Shown here in pieces: positions 1 through 12,500 of a DNA stretch of 64,000 bases. Each line of letters begins with the position of its first letter. The stretch's first letter is position 1. This DNA comes from Bugula neritina. Lineage: Eukaryota > Animalia > Bryozoa. Under the pieces are notes generated by a model. That model was not told the DNA's origin, made no database searches, and saw only the letters and a list, made by a program, of their open reading frames with translations. A program made the translations under genes and the position numbers. Location: positions 22,505,504-22,569,503 of the forward strand of contig OZ037765.1 of NCBI GenBank assembly GCA_964035545.1, in the 5' to 3' direction.

Positions 1-7
1 GTTGCAG

Positions 8-3000
8 GCCCTACTTCACCTACTGGATAACATTTGTCCAGATAGTAGTGTTCATTGTGTCTATATCTGTGTTTGGTATTGCCCCCATTGGTGTCAGTAA
101 TAAAATCACCAACCAAGACGTGCTGGTCACCGCCCTCTACCCAAAGACTATCCCCTTTAAGGAGCCCGAGAACTTCTGGATTGGCCCACGTCAGGTATGA
201 TGGTCCTTCATGCATTTCAATGTTTTTATATAAAAGTTATATTGTGTTATATTGGTGGTGCATGAAGGTTTCTTGCAATTTCTAATGATTGTTTATCAGT
301 TTGGTTTTTTGTCAACACTTTTAAGCAGGCTCAAGCAATTGGGCAGTATAGGTAATGCTTTAGATGTGTCAAATAGGTCTCCAAACTGCCCAACTCTTCC
401 AACTGCATTAACTTTAGGTTCTACTAAATTAAGAAGGTCTATCGCCATGTAGCTGCTTTTAGAATTTTATGTAATTTATTGTGTCAAGTTGAGTTTAAGC
501 TATTTTTCCTAATTTCACAATTAGTTTAACATTTATTGTACCACACACATCATAGATAGCATTTACATACTATACATATATCATTTCATTTGGTATTTTC
601 CGTTATAAGGCCTTTTTAATATTCATGGTGATGTGAGCTAAATAAAAATATTACCAAAGCAACCGTTATGCTAATACTGAGAATGAGTGTGGTTAATTTA
701 CTATTAGATCGACTTGATACATCTGGGTGCCAAGTTTGCGCCGTGTATGAGACACGACCCCAACATCGCTGACCTTCACCGTAAAATCCTGGAGAAGGAG
801 TCTACGACCGCCTGCTGTGTCTATACTGATAATAGTGGCTGTTTCCAGTCCAGTAAAGCAGACTGCAACGTGAGTATTGTTGCTCTACTTTGGGGCCAGT
901 AAGCTGTATGCAGGGGAATGCGTTTTATATAAAGAAAAATGCCCCTAATTTGTTCGGGGAGGGGGAAATGTAAATTGTAGATCATATGTAATTAGTCCGT
1001 GAATGAGTCAGTTTAAACGTAGTTTTACACTTTTTCTTAGATAAAAATATGTATTTTCTCATTATATTAGTAATGTTTATACTAAACAGATACATTGTAA
1101 TGACAATATTTATTTGCTACTGGTGGTGTTGTTTCTGTTTAGCAATTCAGAGCAGATTGGGTGAAGAAGGACCCCAACCAGCCCTCAGGTACCGTGTGCG
1201 GTCAAGACCCCGCCTGGTGTCTGTCTCCCAAGGGGTCCGAGTGGTCTGATAACATCACAGAGTGGCCTGTAAGTATATGAAACTAATTTAGTGTTAAATA
1301 GTTGTTAATACCTCTACTCTCTCCTAAAATCACAAAACAAGATGTCTTCATGAATTTACGTCATAATATTGTTTCAGCTTCAAGCTATATAGAACTAATT
1401 TCTTCAATAGCTTGTCTTTTGCTGAAGTTTCAATAAAAATTGTACAACTAGGCATATGGAATTGTCTAATTATTTTTAAATGACTTCAACTATCAGTTCT
1501 GTTGGTCATTAAACAATTTGTAATAAAATAGTCTAACAGTGCTCACTAACATACATAAAACTTTTGAAAATTTATTTTGAAAAAAATTTGAAAAATGAAC
1601 TTGCAGTAAGCTATAGCCTATCTAAATCACAGGTCTGTAATGAGAAGACCGTTGATGGCCCTTCAAAAGACACTCACATGAAATGCAACATTCTCTCTCG
1701 GCCATGTTGTATTGGGGTTAAAGGTGAATGTCAGTTGCTGACTAAAGAACACTGTGACGCTAAGCGAGGCTACTTCCATCCGAATGCCACGCTCTGTTCA
1801 CAGGTTGGTATATTCATGTATGTATATATAATACATACATATACATATATATACATATATTCATATATGTATATATAATACATATATATACATATATTCA
1901 TATATGTATATATAATCTCAACTCGACTATCAATGGCCAAATCAAAACTAATTCATTTTTAACCTGGTTTATTATGTATTTGATATTATTATATAATTAT
2001 TATATTATTATATATTGTTGTTTATTATATGCTTAATACTGTTAATTAATGTTAACTCAACTATCAATAGTCAAATTGATACTTGTTTATTCTTTAAACA
2101 TGAACTGGTTTATTATGTATTAGTGTGTGTTTATAATGTATTTCTGTATGACGTGTTTATTATATATTACTGTATGACACGTTTATTATAATATAATAAT
2201 ATATTATATTACTGTGTGACGTGTTTATTACAGTATGTATTACTGTGTGACTTGTCTGTTACAGTATGTATTACTGTGTGACTTGTTAATTATGCTGCTC
2301 AACAGGTTAAATGTTTGGGAAAAGTTTGTGGGCTGATCAACTTTCTCAATGATGACAGTCCGGACCAGTTTTATCGCCTCTGGTTGTCTCTCATTCTACA
2401 TGCCGGGTAAGTTGGTCTACTTTCCATTCTACTCACAGTGCTATAGAAGTCAGGGTTTACACCCTTGGCCTGTTGTTTTGACTGAGTCTGTTGTGTAGAA
2501 TGTTAAGTTTAATAGATCATATCTTATTCTGCTTTACTTGGAGCACACAGATAGTTTGAAATTGGCGATTTTTTCTGTATTGACCATGTGACTTTCATAA
2601 TCTATTTTTTTAAAATTTGCCACGTTTATCAGTGACTTATGTTAGCGCGCATTCCAATTGAACTAGTAGATATTCCTATTATTTCCTATTATTATGAATG
2701 TAAATGAATATCTAATCTAAATCTGGATATCGCTTGGTTTTACTGTCTGCTGTGCGCTCTTCAGACTAAAAATTTTAGCTTTCATTCTTTTGTTGCTATC
2801 ATTTAATAAATACAATGACCTAATAAATCAATATTGCAATTTCTTTTCTCTAACTCTGACTTAGATGTTTCTATAATGTGCTTTAGTTGATGAGCCATTT
2901 TCTACCATACTTGCTTATGCAGTGTATTCACATTATGTTTATTATTGAAGGATATTCACATTATGCTATTATGTAATATTACAATTATTTATCTAATATT

Positions 3001-4880
3001 TTTTTGTATTTCACATTATACTTATTATTTAATGTAATATTCACATTCTAATGCTATTATGTAATATTTGAATTATATATTTACTATTGTAGTGTATTTC
3101 ATACTATATTTTAGTGTATTTCATACTATAATGTAGTGTATTTCATACTATATTTTAGTGTATTTCATACTATATTGTAGTGTATTTCACATTATACTTA
3201 CTGTGGTGTTCCAAGCACTAATAATGAGAGATATGGAGAAGCTAGCTGGTGCTGTCAGAGTTGCTATTATATACCTTGGGGCTGGACTTGGTGGTAATCT
3301 AGCCAGTGCCATATTCCTTCCATATCATGTTGAGGTAAGGGTCTTTGTCTTTTTCTTAAAAGATCAATTATTAACATCATTGATAGGGAGCAGCCATAGT
3401 CTAGGGGTTAGAGCACTGGGTTAGTAAACCGAAGTCATAGGTTTGATCTCCAGTAAATACATTGGTGATGTTATCAAGAGCATCCAGTCATAATTTCTCT
3501 TGTGCCACATCTGAATAAGTCCTTAGCCCGATTTGAAAAAACTCTTTCTGTCAGGGTTTTCACAGGGATAGTGACTATAAATTTGCGTGAGTTTATTCTT
3601 AGTTAATAGTGTCTGGTTATAGCAACATATCATATGTTACATCTACATATGCATGCATATTCTAATCTGCATAAATGGATGGTGATTTACACCAATATTA
3701 TTTTTAAAAGAATCCCAGATAAGTGTTTTGGGTATGTTGAGACACAGCTCTATAAATGGACGTATTTTGCTGTTCAGGTGGGTCCTGCCGGGTCACAGTT
3801 TGGTATCCTAGCTACTCTCTGGGTGGAAGTTATCCAATCATGGCCCCTCATCGAGTCCCCCATTAAAGCTCTTTTCAAAGTGGCCGGCTTCACTCTATTC
3901 CTCTTTATTCTAGGTGAGTTACAAGTGACTGAGCGTTGCGTTAGCATGTGCTAAGTTACTGAAACCATATGTTATGGATGTTTTGCAATAGTTACTGTGA
4001 TATAACTTGTCTGTTGCTTCATAGAATAGTTTGCTAAGCAAGTATAATTTTATACGTTATTAAACATATGTTGGTATTAAGGTTATCTGTACCGTTAAGT
4101 CATTGTCATGTACATTTCAAACATATCGTTTGGTCAAACAGCAGATTTGAAAAACGGCAAAGCTAAGAGATGTAATTGTAAATTATGTGTTGTCTTTATT
4201 TTAAAAGGCTAAACTAAAGTACATAAAAATTATGTTTAAGGTTGACATTTCTCAAATACTTTAATAAATGATTGACTGTAATAGTTTTTTCTCTCCTGGA
4301 TGACTTCGCAATAAAGATCAATTTTTGGCATCCATTTGCAAAAAAAATTTCCAGGACGTTGTAGGACATTCTTTCATATAAATTAGCGAGCCTGTTGTTT
4401 TGTTGGTTATTTGGTTTCATATTATCTATCTATCTACCACCTTCCATATCATGGAAACTAATACTCTATAATTTATACTATTTTGCATATTTTTGAATCA
4501 ATCACTTGTGGTGACTGTTTAACCTGCTTAAAAGTCATTGTTATAAATATTTTGTAGGTTTGCTTCCATGGATTGACAATTACGCCCATATGTTCGGGTT
4601 TATATTCGGACTTCTACTCTCCTTTGCTATTCTCCCTTATGTAACATTTGGCTCACAGGATCGAAAAAGGAAACTGATAATCAAAATTTTTTCAATCGTA
4701 CTGGTTATTGTTCTATACGTCCTGCTGTTCATCATATTCTATGTTACCCCCGTCACTGTCTGCAAAGGCTGCCGGTATCTTAACTGTGTGCCTTTTAAAG
4801 CGGACTTTTGTGAAAATATGGGTGTGGAGATTGAAGCTACGGAAACTAAATTTGAGTGGGAGTTAACGGGCACCTCTTAA
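8..4880 (+). CDS. RHBDF: Inactive rhomboid protein (iRhom, RHBDF1/2-like), 5'-truncated by the window edge; 8 exons visible
   Basis: Phase-consistent GT-AG exons 8-194, 708-869, 1143-1268, 1633-1803, 2306-2406, 3181-3334, 3778-3913, 4558-4880(TAA). Translation shows iRhom hallmarks: [28 protein letters not shown], Cys-rich iRhom homology domain ([25 protein letters not shown]), [25 protein letters not shown] (GPx in place of the catalytic GxS), [10 protein letters not shown]. Confidence 0.96.
1810..1915. repeat. TA/CATA microsatellite-like tract
   Basis: Directly visible; includes a local duplication of ATACATATATTCATATATGTATATATAAT. Confidence 0.85.
2105..2292. repeat. Degenerate 25-28-bp intronic tandem repeat
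   Basis: Repeated TTATTA..TATTACTGTRTGAC(G/T)TGT units ending about 15 nt upstream of the acceptor at 2305. Confidence 0.8.
3084..3189. repeat. 22-bp minisatellite (about 5 units) that overlaps an iRhom splice acceptor
   Basis: Consensus TATTKTAGTGTATTTCATACTA; AG dinucleotides end at 3092, 3114, 3136, 3158, 3180. Confidence 0.93.
3385..3585 (+). mobile_element. tRNA-derived SINE, copy 1 (iRhom intron)
   Basis: About 200 bp; degenerate Pol III A box (TAGTCTAGGGG) and B box (GGTTTGATCTCC); colinear with the reverse complement of 6746-6950. Confidence 0.8.
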
Positions 4881-5428
4881 CCATCAACCAATCACTGCTG
4901 ATGAATCAACAATTTTTTTTCTACTTTCTCTGCTCTTTCTATGAAATGTTTTGTCTACTTAGTTATACCTGTTATTGTTTTATGTTTAAACTAGCTTTAT
5001 ATTTTTTCTTCATATTTTCATAGGTACTTTATTGAATGTGTCCAATTAGTTCGCTCTTCAAAATCTTATTACTTAGTGGTATTTTTTGCTATTTATGTAA
5101 AATCGTTGAACAATGTTGTCATATTTTGTATAATATTGATATTAGGATAATATTTCAATAATAGACTTGCTCTAAATTTCCGGTTTTAAATTTTACAAAC
5201 TTTTTCAAACAATACAGTGCTTGCACATTGAATAAATGATTATACAAAGAATCTTTGATTTATACTTTATTCTTGTTTCTAAAGCATAACGGGAAATGTT
5301 TATTTTCTAAGATTGTATTTTACAAAAATCTACTTTTTATTTCCCCGAGGAGCACAATAACAAAATGTCCACCATCGCAAGTGTTGAAATGTGGCAAGAC
5401 GATGTTGCTCTTAGCTAATGCTTCACTT

Positions 5429-6575
5429 TTATTTTTCCAATTGCCGAACATTAGAACTTGCTGATATTTGGGACACATCAGCTCCAGTGCCACTTGTCCA
5501 CTCCTTTTCAGCCGCTTCAATTACAATGCTAGCTGTTTGAATTTGTCTCCCTTTGCAAACCCATTTTACACGATTTATATTAAACTTGTAATGTTTTCTA
5601 TTAAGTCAAAGATCTTTTACTAACTTGAGATACTATCTTTTTATGTAGGCTGCAAAATAGAAAGGAAATCGTAATTTTAAGATTTGATTCATATTTTACC
5701 TACATAAACACTTGTGTTATAAATATGCTTGTATAATATAGTTGGTTATAGACATATGCTATATAAAAGAATTACAAGCTTGCAGTTTCTATAATGATAC
5801 ATGCTGCTGCTGAATTATTGATTATAAGTGACAATTATACAGACTTATGTGTTTATGGGAGCTAAAATATGTGATAATAGACAATTTAATCAGATGTGAC
5901 TTGACACATGCAAAGTAATTCCGCTGTAATTTAAATCACCTTTCAAGAAAAATCCACCTACAGTATAGCGACTATAAACTTGCATGAGTTCTTTTATAGG
6001 GCTTACATCAAGTTAGTATCAGTGAACATAATATGTCGTATAGCAAAACTCCAAAATATTGTTTCAATCTTAATTATTGCTTTTTTCATAGTCAATTATC
6101 AGTAATTTATCATTTCATAGAAACTGATATTTGCTTCACAAAGGTTTGATTAAGCTTTGTTTTCCTGTATTGCTTTTTCTGCAAAACAAACAATCTATGA
6201 AAATTGTCTTAGCAACAATACCTACATAAATTATAACTTAGCATTTTAAAAACCATGCTTACAACAGTTACATTATAAAGCTGTAGCCTGGAGAGAATTC
6301 CATTATCAATTGTAGCTTTTAATTAACTAACTACATAGAGAGATGCACAGCATAAGTTATAGACACAGGAAACTCATGAATGCCCTTCCTTAGCACGCCA
6401 TCAGCTTTGAAAACTGCGGCCTTGCTCTGTACAATACATACATTCTTCCAGCAAGCAAATACTGTGTCTCAGTGTGGTGCTCATTCATTCTTTTGACTTT
6501 GTTTTTTTCATCATTGGCTATGTTAAGGACTTGGATACTAATAGTTGCATCTACCATGGTAGACTCAAAGGCCAT
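5429..6575 (-). CDS. Candidate small orphan spliced ORF (60 or 100 aa depending on acceptor)
   Basis: ATG 6575, donor AT|GTATGT after 6442 (phase 2). Two downstream acceptors (TTTTGCAG|5649 and TTAATAG|5597) both continue in frame, to stops at 5601 and 5429. No recognisable homology. Confidence 0.25.
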
Positions 6576-6745
6576 TTTTATTGTAATTTTATCTATAAAG
6601 CATGATCATTGCCATATACAATCATAGTACAGGCAAAAGTGGAACTATTATTAAAATTTTGGTTATTGTTATTGTAAAGACACTGCAATCAGTTAGAATA
6701 AGTTACCATAGGTGTTGCTGTACAGCATCTTGCTACATTACTCAG

Positions 6746-6950
6746 GCAATTTTATAGTCACTATCTGTGTGAGAAACCCATGAGAAAGGGTTTTTGTTAA
6801 AGCGGGCTAAGGACTTATTCAGATGGGGCACAGGAACAATTGTGACTGGATGCTCTTCCTAACATCACCAATTACCTTTATCAGGGTTCGAACCCATGAC
6901 TTCGTGTTTACTAAGCAAGCACTCTAAACCCTAGACCATAGCTGCTCCCT
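6746..6950 (-). mobile_element. tRNA-derived SINE, copy 2, with TSD-like flanks
   Basis: Reverse strand reads AGGGAGCAGCTATGGTCTAGGG (A box) ... GGGTTCGAACCC (B box) ... GGAAGAGCATCCAGTC ... GAATAAGTCCTTAGCCCGC. Flanked by the 17-bp direct repeat AGCRTCTTGCTACATTA at 6724-6740 and 6966-6982. Confidence 0.85.
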
Positions 6951-7133
6951 AGCCCTGTAGTATGTAGCGTCTTGCTACATTATTACATTTTAATTTATTC
7001 TCAATTATCGCTCAAACATTTAGACCATTTCTAATTTAAATCCATGACAAAAATCTAGTAACTCGCTGTTTGGTGCTTGAGATTTGAAAAAAGTTAGTTG
7101 CTCACATGTAAAGTTATAGCTAAAAACTTGATA

Positions 7134-7253
7134 GCCCGCCCCCATGTACTGTGGCTTCCACCTCAATAAGATAAGATGACCTTGTGTCCATTCATGTCCT
7201 TTCAGTTACATGCACACGATTACGGAAGCCATTGGCTATCTGATGCTGCCAAT
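7134..7253 (+). promoter_or_regulatory. Probable promoter of the guanylyl cyclase gene
   Basis: GC box GCCCGCCCC 7134-7142, ETS-like CGGAAG 7223-7228, ATTGG 7231-7235 and CCAAT 7249-7253, about 200 nt upstream of a strong donor CAG|GTATGT at 7454. Confidence 0.45.
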
Positions 7254-9590
7254 ATGCTTGTTGTCAAGCGTTATTAAAGATATCAGTTATTAGGTCTAAG
7301 AATCAATAATAATTATTGCAATGTACACACTATTTTGCATAATTGAAATGTAGAATTTAATAACTGGTGAGATTGCTTGTAGACCAGCATACGTGTAGGA
7401 TGGACTGTGTAATCATCGCATTATCATCTCTGATGAAGGCAAGCTGTGAATCAGGTATGTTGGTAGAAAAAGCCTTTTTTAAATCTCTTTTTTACCAGAG
7501 CTGGTCATTAGCCATTGCTGTTTATTTAATTTGTGAAAGTCCACAAGCCCTTATAAGATATTTTTTATATTGCTTGTATCAATTTACTCAAATTTACATC
7601 ACATTAGGCTTTACAAGTGAGAATTGTAATTCAATGCCCATAAGGTTCAGTGGTAATGTCTGAAAAAACAATCGGCCACTTTGGTTCATTTTGTGCTGCA
7701 ATTGAAGCTGTTCAGACTTGTGCAGTAGAACCAGTTTGAGGCAAATTAGTGTAACAGAGTCTACATAAGGATTTTGAGTTTACTCCGAGTTCACCAGAGC
7801 GGAGTACCAAGAAGGAGACATTTAAAAGACAAACTTTCAATTAACATACACACAAAAATTATCATATTTCATACAAGGCCTAATGAGTAATTCTTAGATT
7901 AATCTTTTATGTGTGACTTTTGTTATATATTATGAAGTATTATATTTTTAACAATGATATATATTTTTATACAATATGCACCAAATACTGCTTTTTAACA
8001 CTATTACATTTCATGATAAAAGTAGAAATCAACTTCACAGCTACAGAATTAACAATTGCAGCTAGATAAACATGTGTAAAATAAAATTAAAGAATAACAA
8101 TGGCATTTATATTGGTTATTATTTGCAAACTTAAATCAAATTAATTTTCTTTTTGCCATATTATTGAAGCAATAGAACTTATTATTTATTAAATATTTGT
8201 TTACACGGAGCATATTTATATTTTAATAACTGTAATGGTTGTTTGAGGTAGGGTCTGTAATAAATATAAGTAATTATATGTTTATATTAGGTTATTCATA
8301 GAGTTTTTAACATAGATCATACAAGCTCTTTGTAAATTAAAATTTTTCTATACCTATCATTAAAAATTATTGAATATTCATTAAATCAACTTAGAATCAA
8401 AACACGTGCACCAGAAAATTTAATCTTGTGATATAGGCAGGCAAAGCCACCCCCTCTCTACCTACTTCCTATTAGCCCCTCCCAACTAGCTTAGCCCCCA
8501 ACCCCATTAGCCAAGTCAGTCTATATGTTTTCCAGGCAACAGTTTTGCTCTCATGCACTTTAGAAGGTATATTATAATGGTTGAAATGGTATATTTAACC
8601 TTCTAGTTAATAAATGCTGATGGTATAAAAAGTAAAAAGTTATGAACAGGTTTAGTTGTTTTGAAAGCTACCTTATATCTAGCATTCAAATGAGATTTTC
8701 ATATTGGGCATACTCAACCCCTCCCTTGGCAATCAGATATAAGAAACAAAGCATTATCATAATGCTGCATGTTACATGAAAGTGCCGAAGATATGCCAAA
8801 CCTTTACACATCAAAAATAACATTACTATTTTTAATATTTTAGAATATTACTGTTGTGTACTTTTATGCTTTAAACTTATATTATATGAACGCCATATTA
8901 TATGCAGTGACATATTAAAGTGCATCGCTATATAAATATCAAAGAGGTGGTTAGGCATAGATGCTGAATCTAAGAATAAACTTCTATTTTTAAAACTGTT
9001 GCTATCATTGCTTAGATTGAAAAGAGCAACTGATATTTAATATGCATATCCTGCAAGGGCTTTTGGGAATTGATTTCCATGTCACACCTGCCTACTAAAG
9101 CTTTCTTTATCCATCCCCCTGGCAGCAAGTCGCTGACTATATGCTTCACCAATCAAGTGCTTAATACTAAGTTGACAGCACTAGTATACTATAGGCTTTT
9201 TAACTTAAAAACCCATGAACTGGAGTCAGGTAAAGCATGTAAAGCATATTGATGCTTTTAATTTTAGCCTGTACACATAGTGTGATAATGGTGGTATTAT
9301 ATTTAAAAACTAACTTTAGTAATAGAGTTAATGGTGATAATGAAATACATAGCCTATATTTCATGTATGCAGATAATTGCAGCAAAATAAACTTTAATGC
9401 TCAATATTTTTTTATGGATTCAACTATGAGATGTCATGCTTGATTGTATAACAAAGTTGGGAATTTTAAGTTTCATCTTTTATAATTTGTATACAATAGA
9501 TTATACATTCATATGCAGGTAAAACCAAAGATAGCAAATGATGTTTCTTTTGCCACAGATGAGATGAGTTTGTGACGAGCCTCCCTTGAG

Positions 9591-12500
9591 ATGGAAGTAG
9601 TCATCATTCTGGCTGTACTTTGTGTTGTCTTTGCTGTCTCTTCAATTGTTTTAGCCAGCATCCTTTACACAAGGTACATTTTAATTACCTGCTCATTGAA
9701 TATAAATCCATTTAAATGAATTAGCATTGAACAACCATCATACAGCTCAAACTCTTACAATATTGGTTTAGTGTGATCATTATGTTCTTTTCACAAATTA
9801 TTGCTGAAGGTTTAAAATTTGAGCAAAAATTAATTTTTAAGAGCCAGTTTTTGCATAAAGGACTTTCAACAATTGGGTCAAGTTTGTAAAACACAATCAA
9901 TTTTATTGGCGTTGTTTTAGCGTTGCCAAACAACTTCCTGAAGTGTTGACAAGCTTGTTGTTACAATTCATAATATAGAGTTAAAAACTTTTACTAACAT
10001 TCAATAAGAAATGGTGAAGACTGAATTCTGTGTTAAAATATGATTAAAAGATATAACTTTTGTTTATTCAAATGTTATGTAATATTAAGTGCATTGTTTT
10101 CTGTTGCAACTGCAGTAATAAACTAATTATCTTTGAGTTCAGAATAACGAAGTCCAACAGAACTAGAAAATATGTTGGCCACTCTTCAAGGAGTAATGCT
10201 ATGCATATGGATAAACTATTCTTCACATCTGAAGACCTGGTTTGGGCAATGGAGACGAGATTGCGAGCCAATAGCCAGGTTACAACAATAGGTGATGGCT
10301 TTATGGCTCCTGGTGCTCGGCGAAACACCATCAATGCTAGACTTCTTCAAAAGGTAGGAGCATAAAAAAGTCTTTTTAGATTATTTTGAGACTTAGACAA
10401 TGTTTATTTTATCATATTGTTGTTAGTATTTCCCAACAAAGATTGGAGTATATCAGTCTAGTTTCAAGTAGATTTTCTTTGCTGTCTGTAGCCGATTTTA
10501 TTTAAAATTTTTGAACAATCTATTTTAGAAACTAGTTTACAATGATTAGTATGTGGGCTATAAACCAACATATAGTAGCTAGTCTTTAAAAATAGAATGC
10601 TCACATTTTAGAAGTTGCCTAAATAGTTTAACTAAAAAACACATAACACAATAATTGGTATTCTGCTAGAAACATAGTGAATAACTTGATCCATTAAAAC
10701 AAAAGTTCAACACCTAATTTTTTCATGATTTGGCTATTTCTTAATTGCGGTCAGCAACTAGTTTTACCAATTTTACTTTTCCTAAAGCTTGTTCAGTAAA
10801 TACTTGCTGCAACAAATAGCATTTGTATTTAACTTACAATATTCTGGTAGAAAACAACTCAAGTTCTTTTAAGGAAAATTTTTTATGCAGCAGTCTCAAA
10901 CGCATCTTTCTTTTGCCAAAAAAAGTTGGAGCTTTTAGATCAATTTTACAAAAATGAATATGTATGTTGATATTAATTAGTTAGTTTAAAACTATGTTTA
11001 TATCTTTTGCTGAAAAACATCACCTTATCTGACTTGAAATTGTAAATGCATAAACTTTGTATAAACTCTGTATAAGAAATTACTAATGAAGGTTTTAGCT
11101 GTCATCAACCATAAATTTTATATTTTAACTTGAAGATTATTTGAAGACATTTCGCACTGAGTATAACATATGTATATGTTTATAAATTACATTCCAAAAT
11201 CTATAAATTATTAAAAGGAAGAAAGCTGATGCACCTTGAAACGCACAGTGACTTTGTCTGTCAAATTCTAACCTGCAGTTATTTTCAAAACACGATATGG
11301 TGTAGCTAGTAATATATCATTAAAATCTCTTTCCCATTAGTTACCAGCTACATACAAGATTATAAACTTCAAATTATAATGTTGCTGCGTAAGTAAAGTT
11401 TTTAAAACTCTATCGATACTATAACTTTATAGGACAGGTCATTGCTATAGTCACATACATATTTCACCTCCACCATTATATATTATATAAATAATAAATG
11501 CTTGCTAGTAAACCAGCTTTAATAATTGATGATTTTAGTCATTAGGTTTAGTAGAATTTGCTTTAATGTCATGACATGTATGCTGATCAAAGAAAATTGT
11601 CTATATCTACTACCAATTCGAATTTTGACACTTCATACTTTTTTACTGCAGATGAGTATGGTTGAAGGTTATAAACTGAAAACAGCTTTAGCTTCAGGTC
11701 CAGAACGATCCCAGTACACAATGGTTTCTAGTGCCATGTCGTTTGACCCTAAAAATGTCCGACAGAATTTAGCCTATTTGAATGTAAGTATACAGAGTAA
11801 AATTATACATTTAAAACACTATAAAAAACTCTTAAAAAGAATGGCTTGAAAATGTTATTTCAAGTTATTAGTATATATTTTAGGTGATATGACTTTATGT
11901 AGCAGTTGAATAGTCCATTTAAGCCACAAGATGCATTCAAGCGTTGATTAGTCAGTAATAAGAAAATATGAAATACAGTTCAAAGACTCATGGCTATTGA
12001 GATTAAAATTGGAAAATAAATTTATTATACTTTTATACTCAGTGATGGCTATGTGAGGAATAACTATTGTATAGCCAACTGGAAAAAGTATTGTATACAT
12101 GCTTTTTGAAAACAAGCTTTGCAATTAAACTTGAGCATTCTCTTAAATATTGAGAGTTGTGTCTCATGACAATTCCAGAAACTGGTTGCATGCAGTTAAC
12201 TTTCACAGATTATTATACTCTGAGATTGAGTGTCAACTTTTTTAAAAAAATTTTTGCAAATAATGTCCTAATTTAAGAGGTCAGAAAGATATTCTTTAAT
12301 GACTCCAGTTGTGGTTTTTTCAGTAATTATTTTATTAGGTTATACGAGTATATAACTATCTATATTTTTTTGTCTATTAAAGAAAATTATAGTGAAATGA
12401 TAAAAATCAAATGTAGAAAAGTTTTTGTCTGGTTTGAGACCTATTCAGTGTGCATTGTAATGTAGCTAGCTTTCATATGTCTGAAATATCATAATAGGTT

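Noticed and set aside
3778-4600. Active rhomboid protease
   Set aside because: TM4 has GPAGS with the iRhom-diagnostic proline; despite the retained His it is a pseudoprotease.
6870-6950. tRNA gene
   Set aside because: Has A and B boxes but no complete cloverleaf and continues into a shared SINE body found three times.
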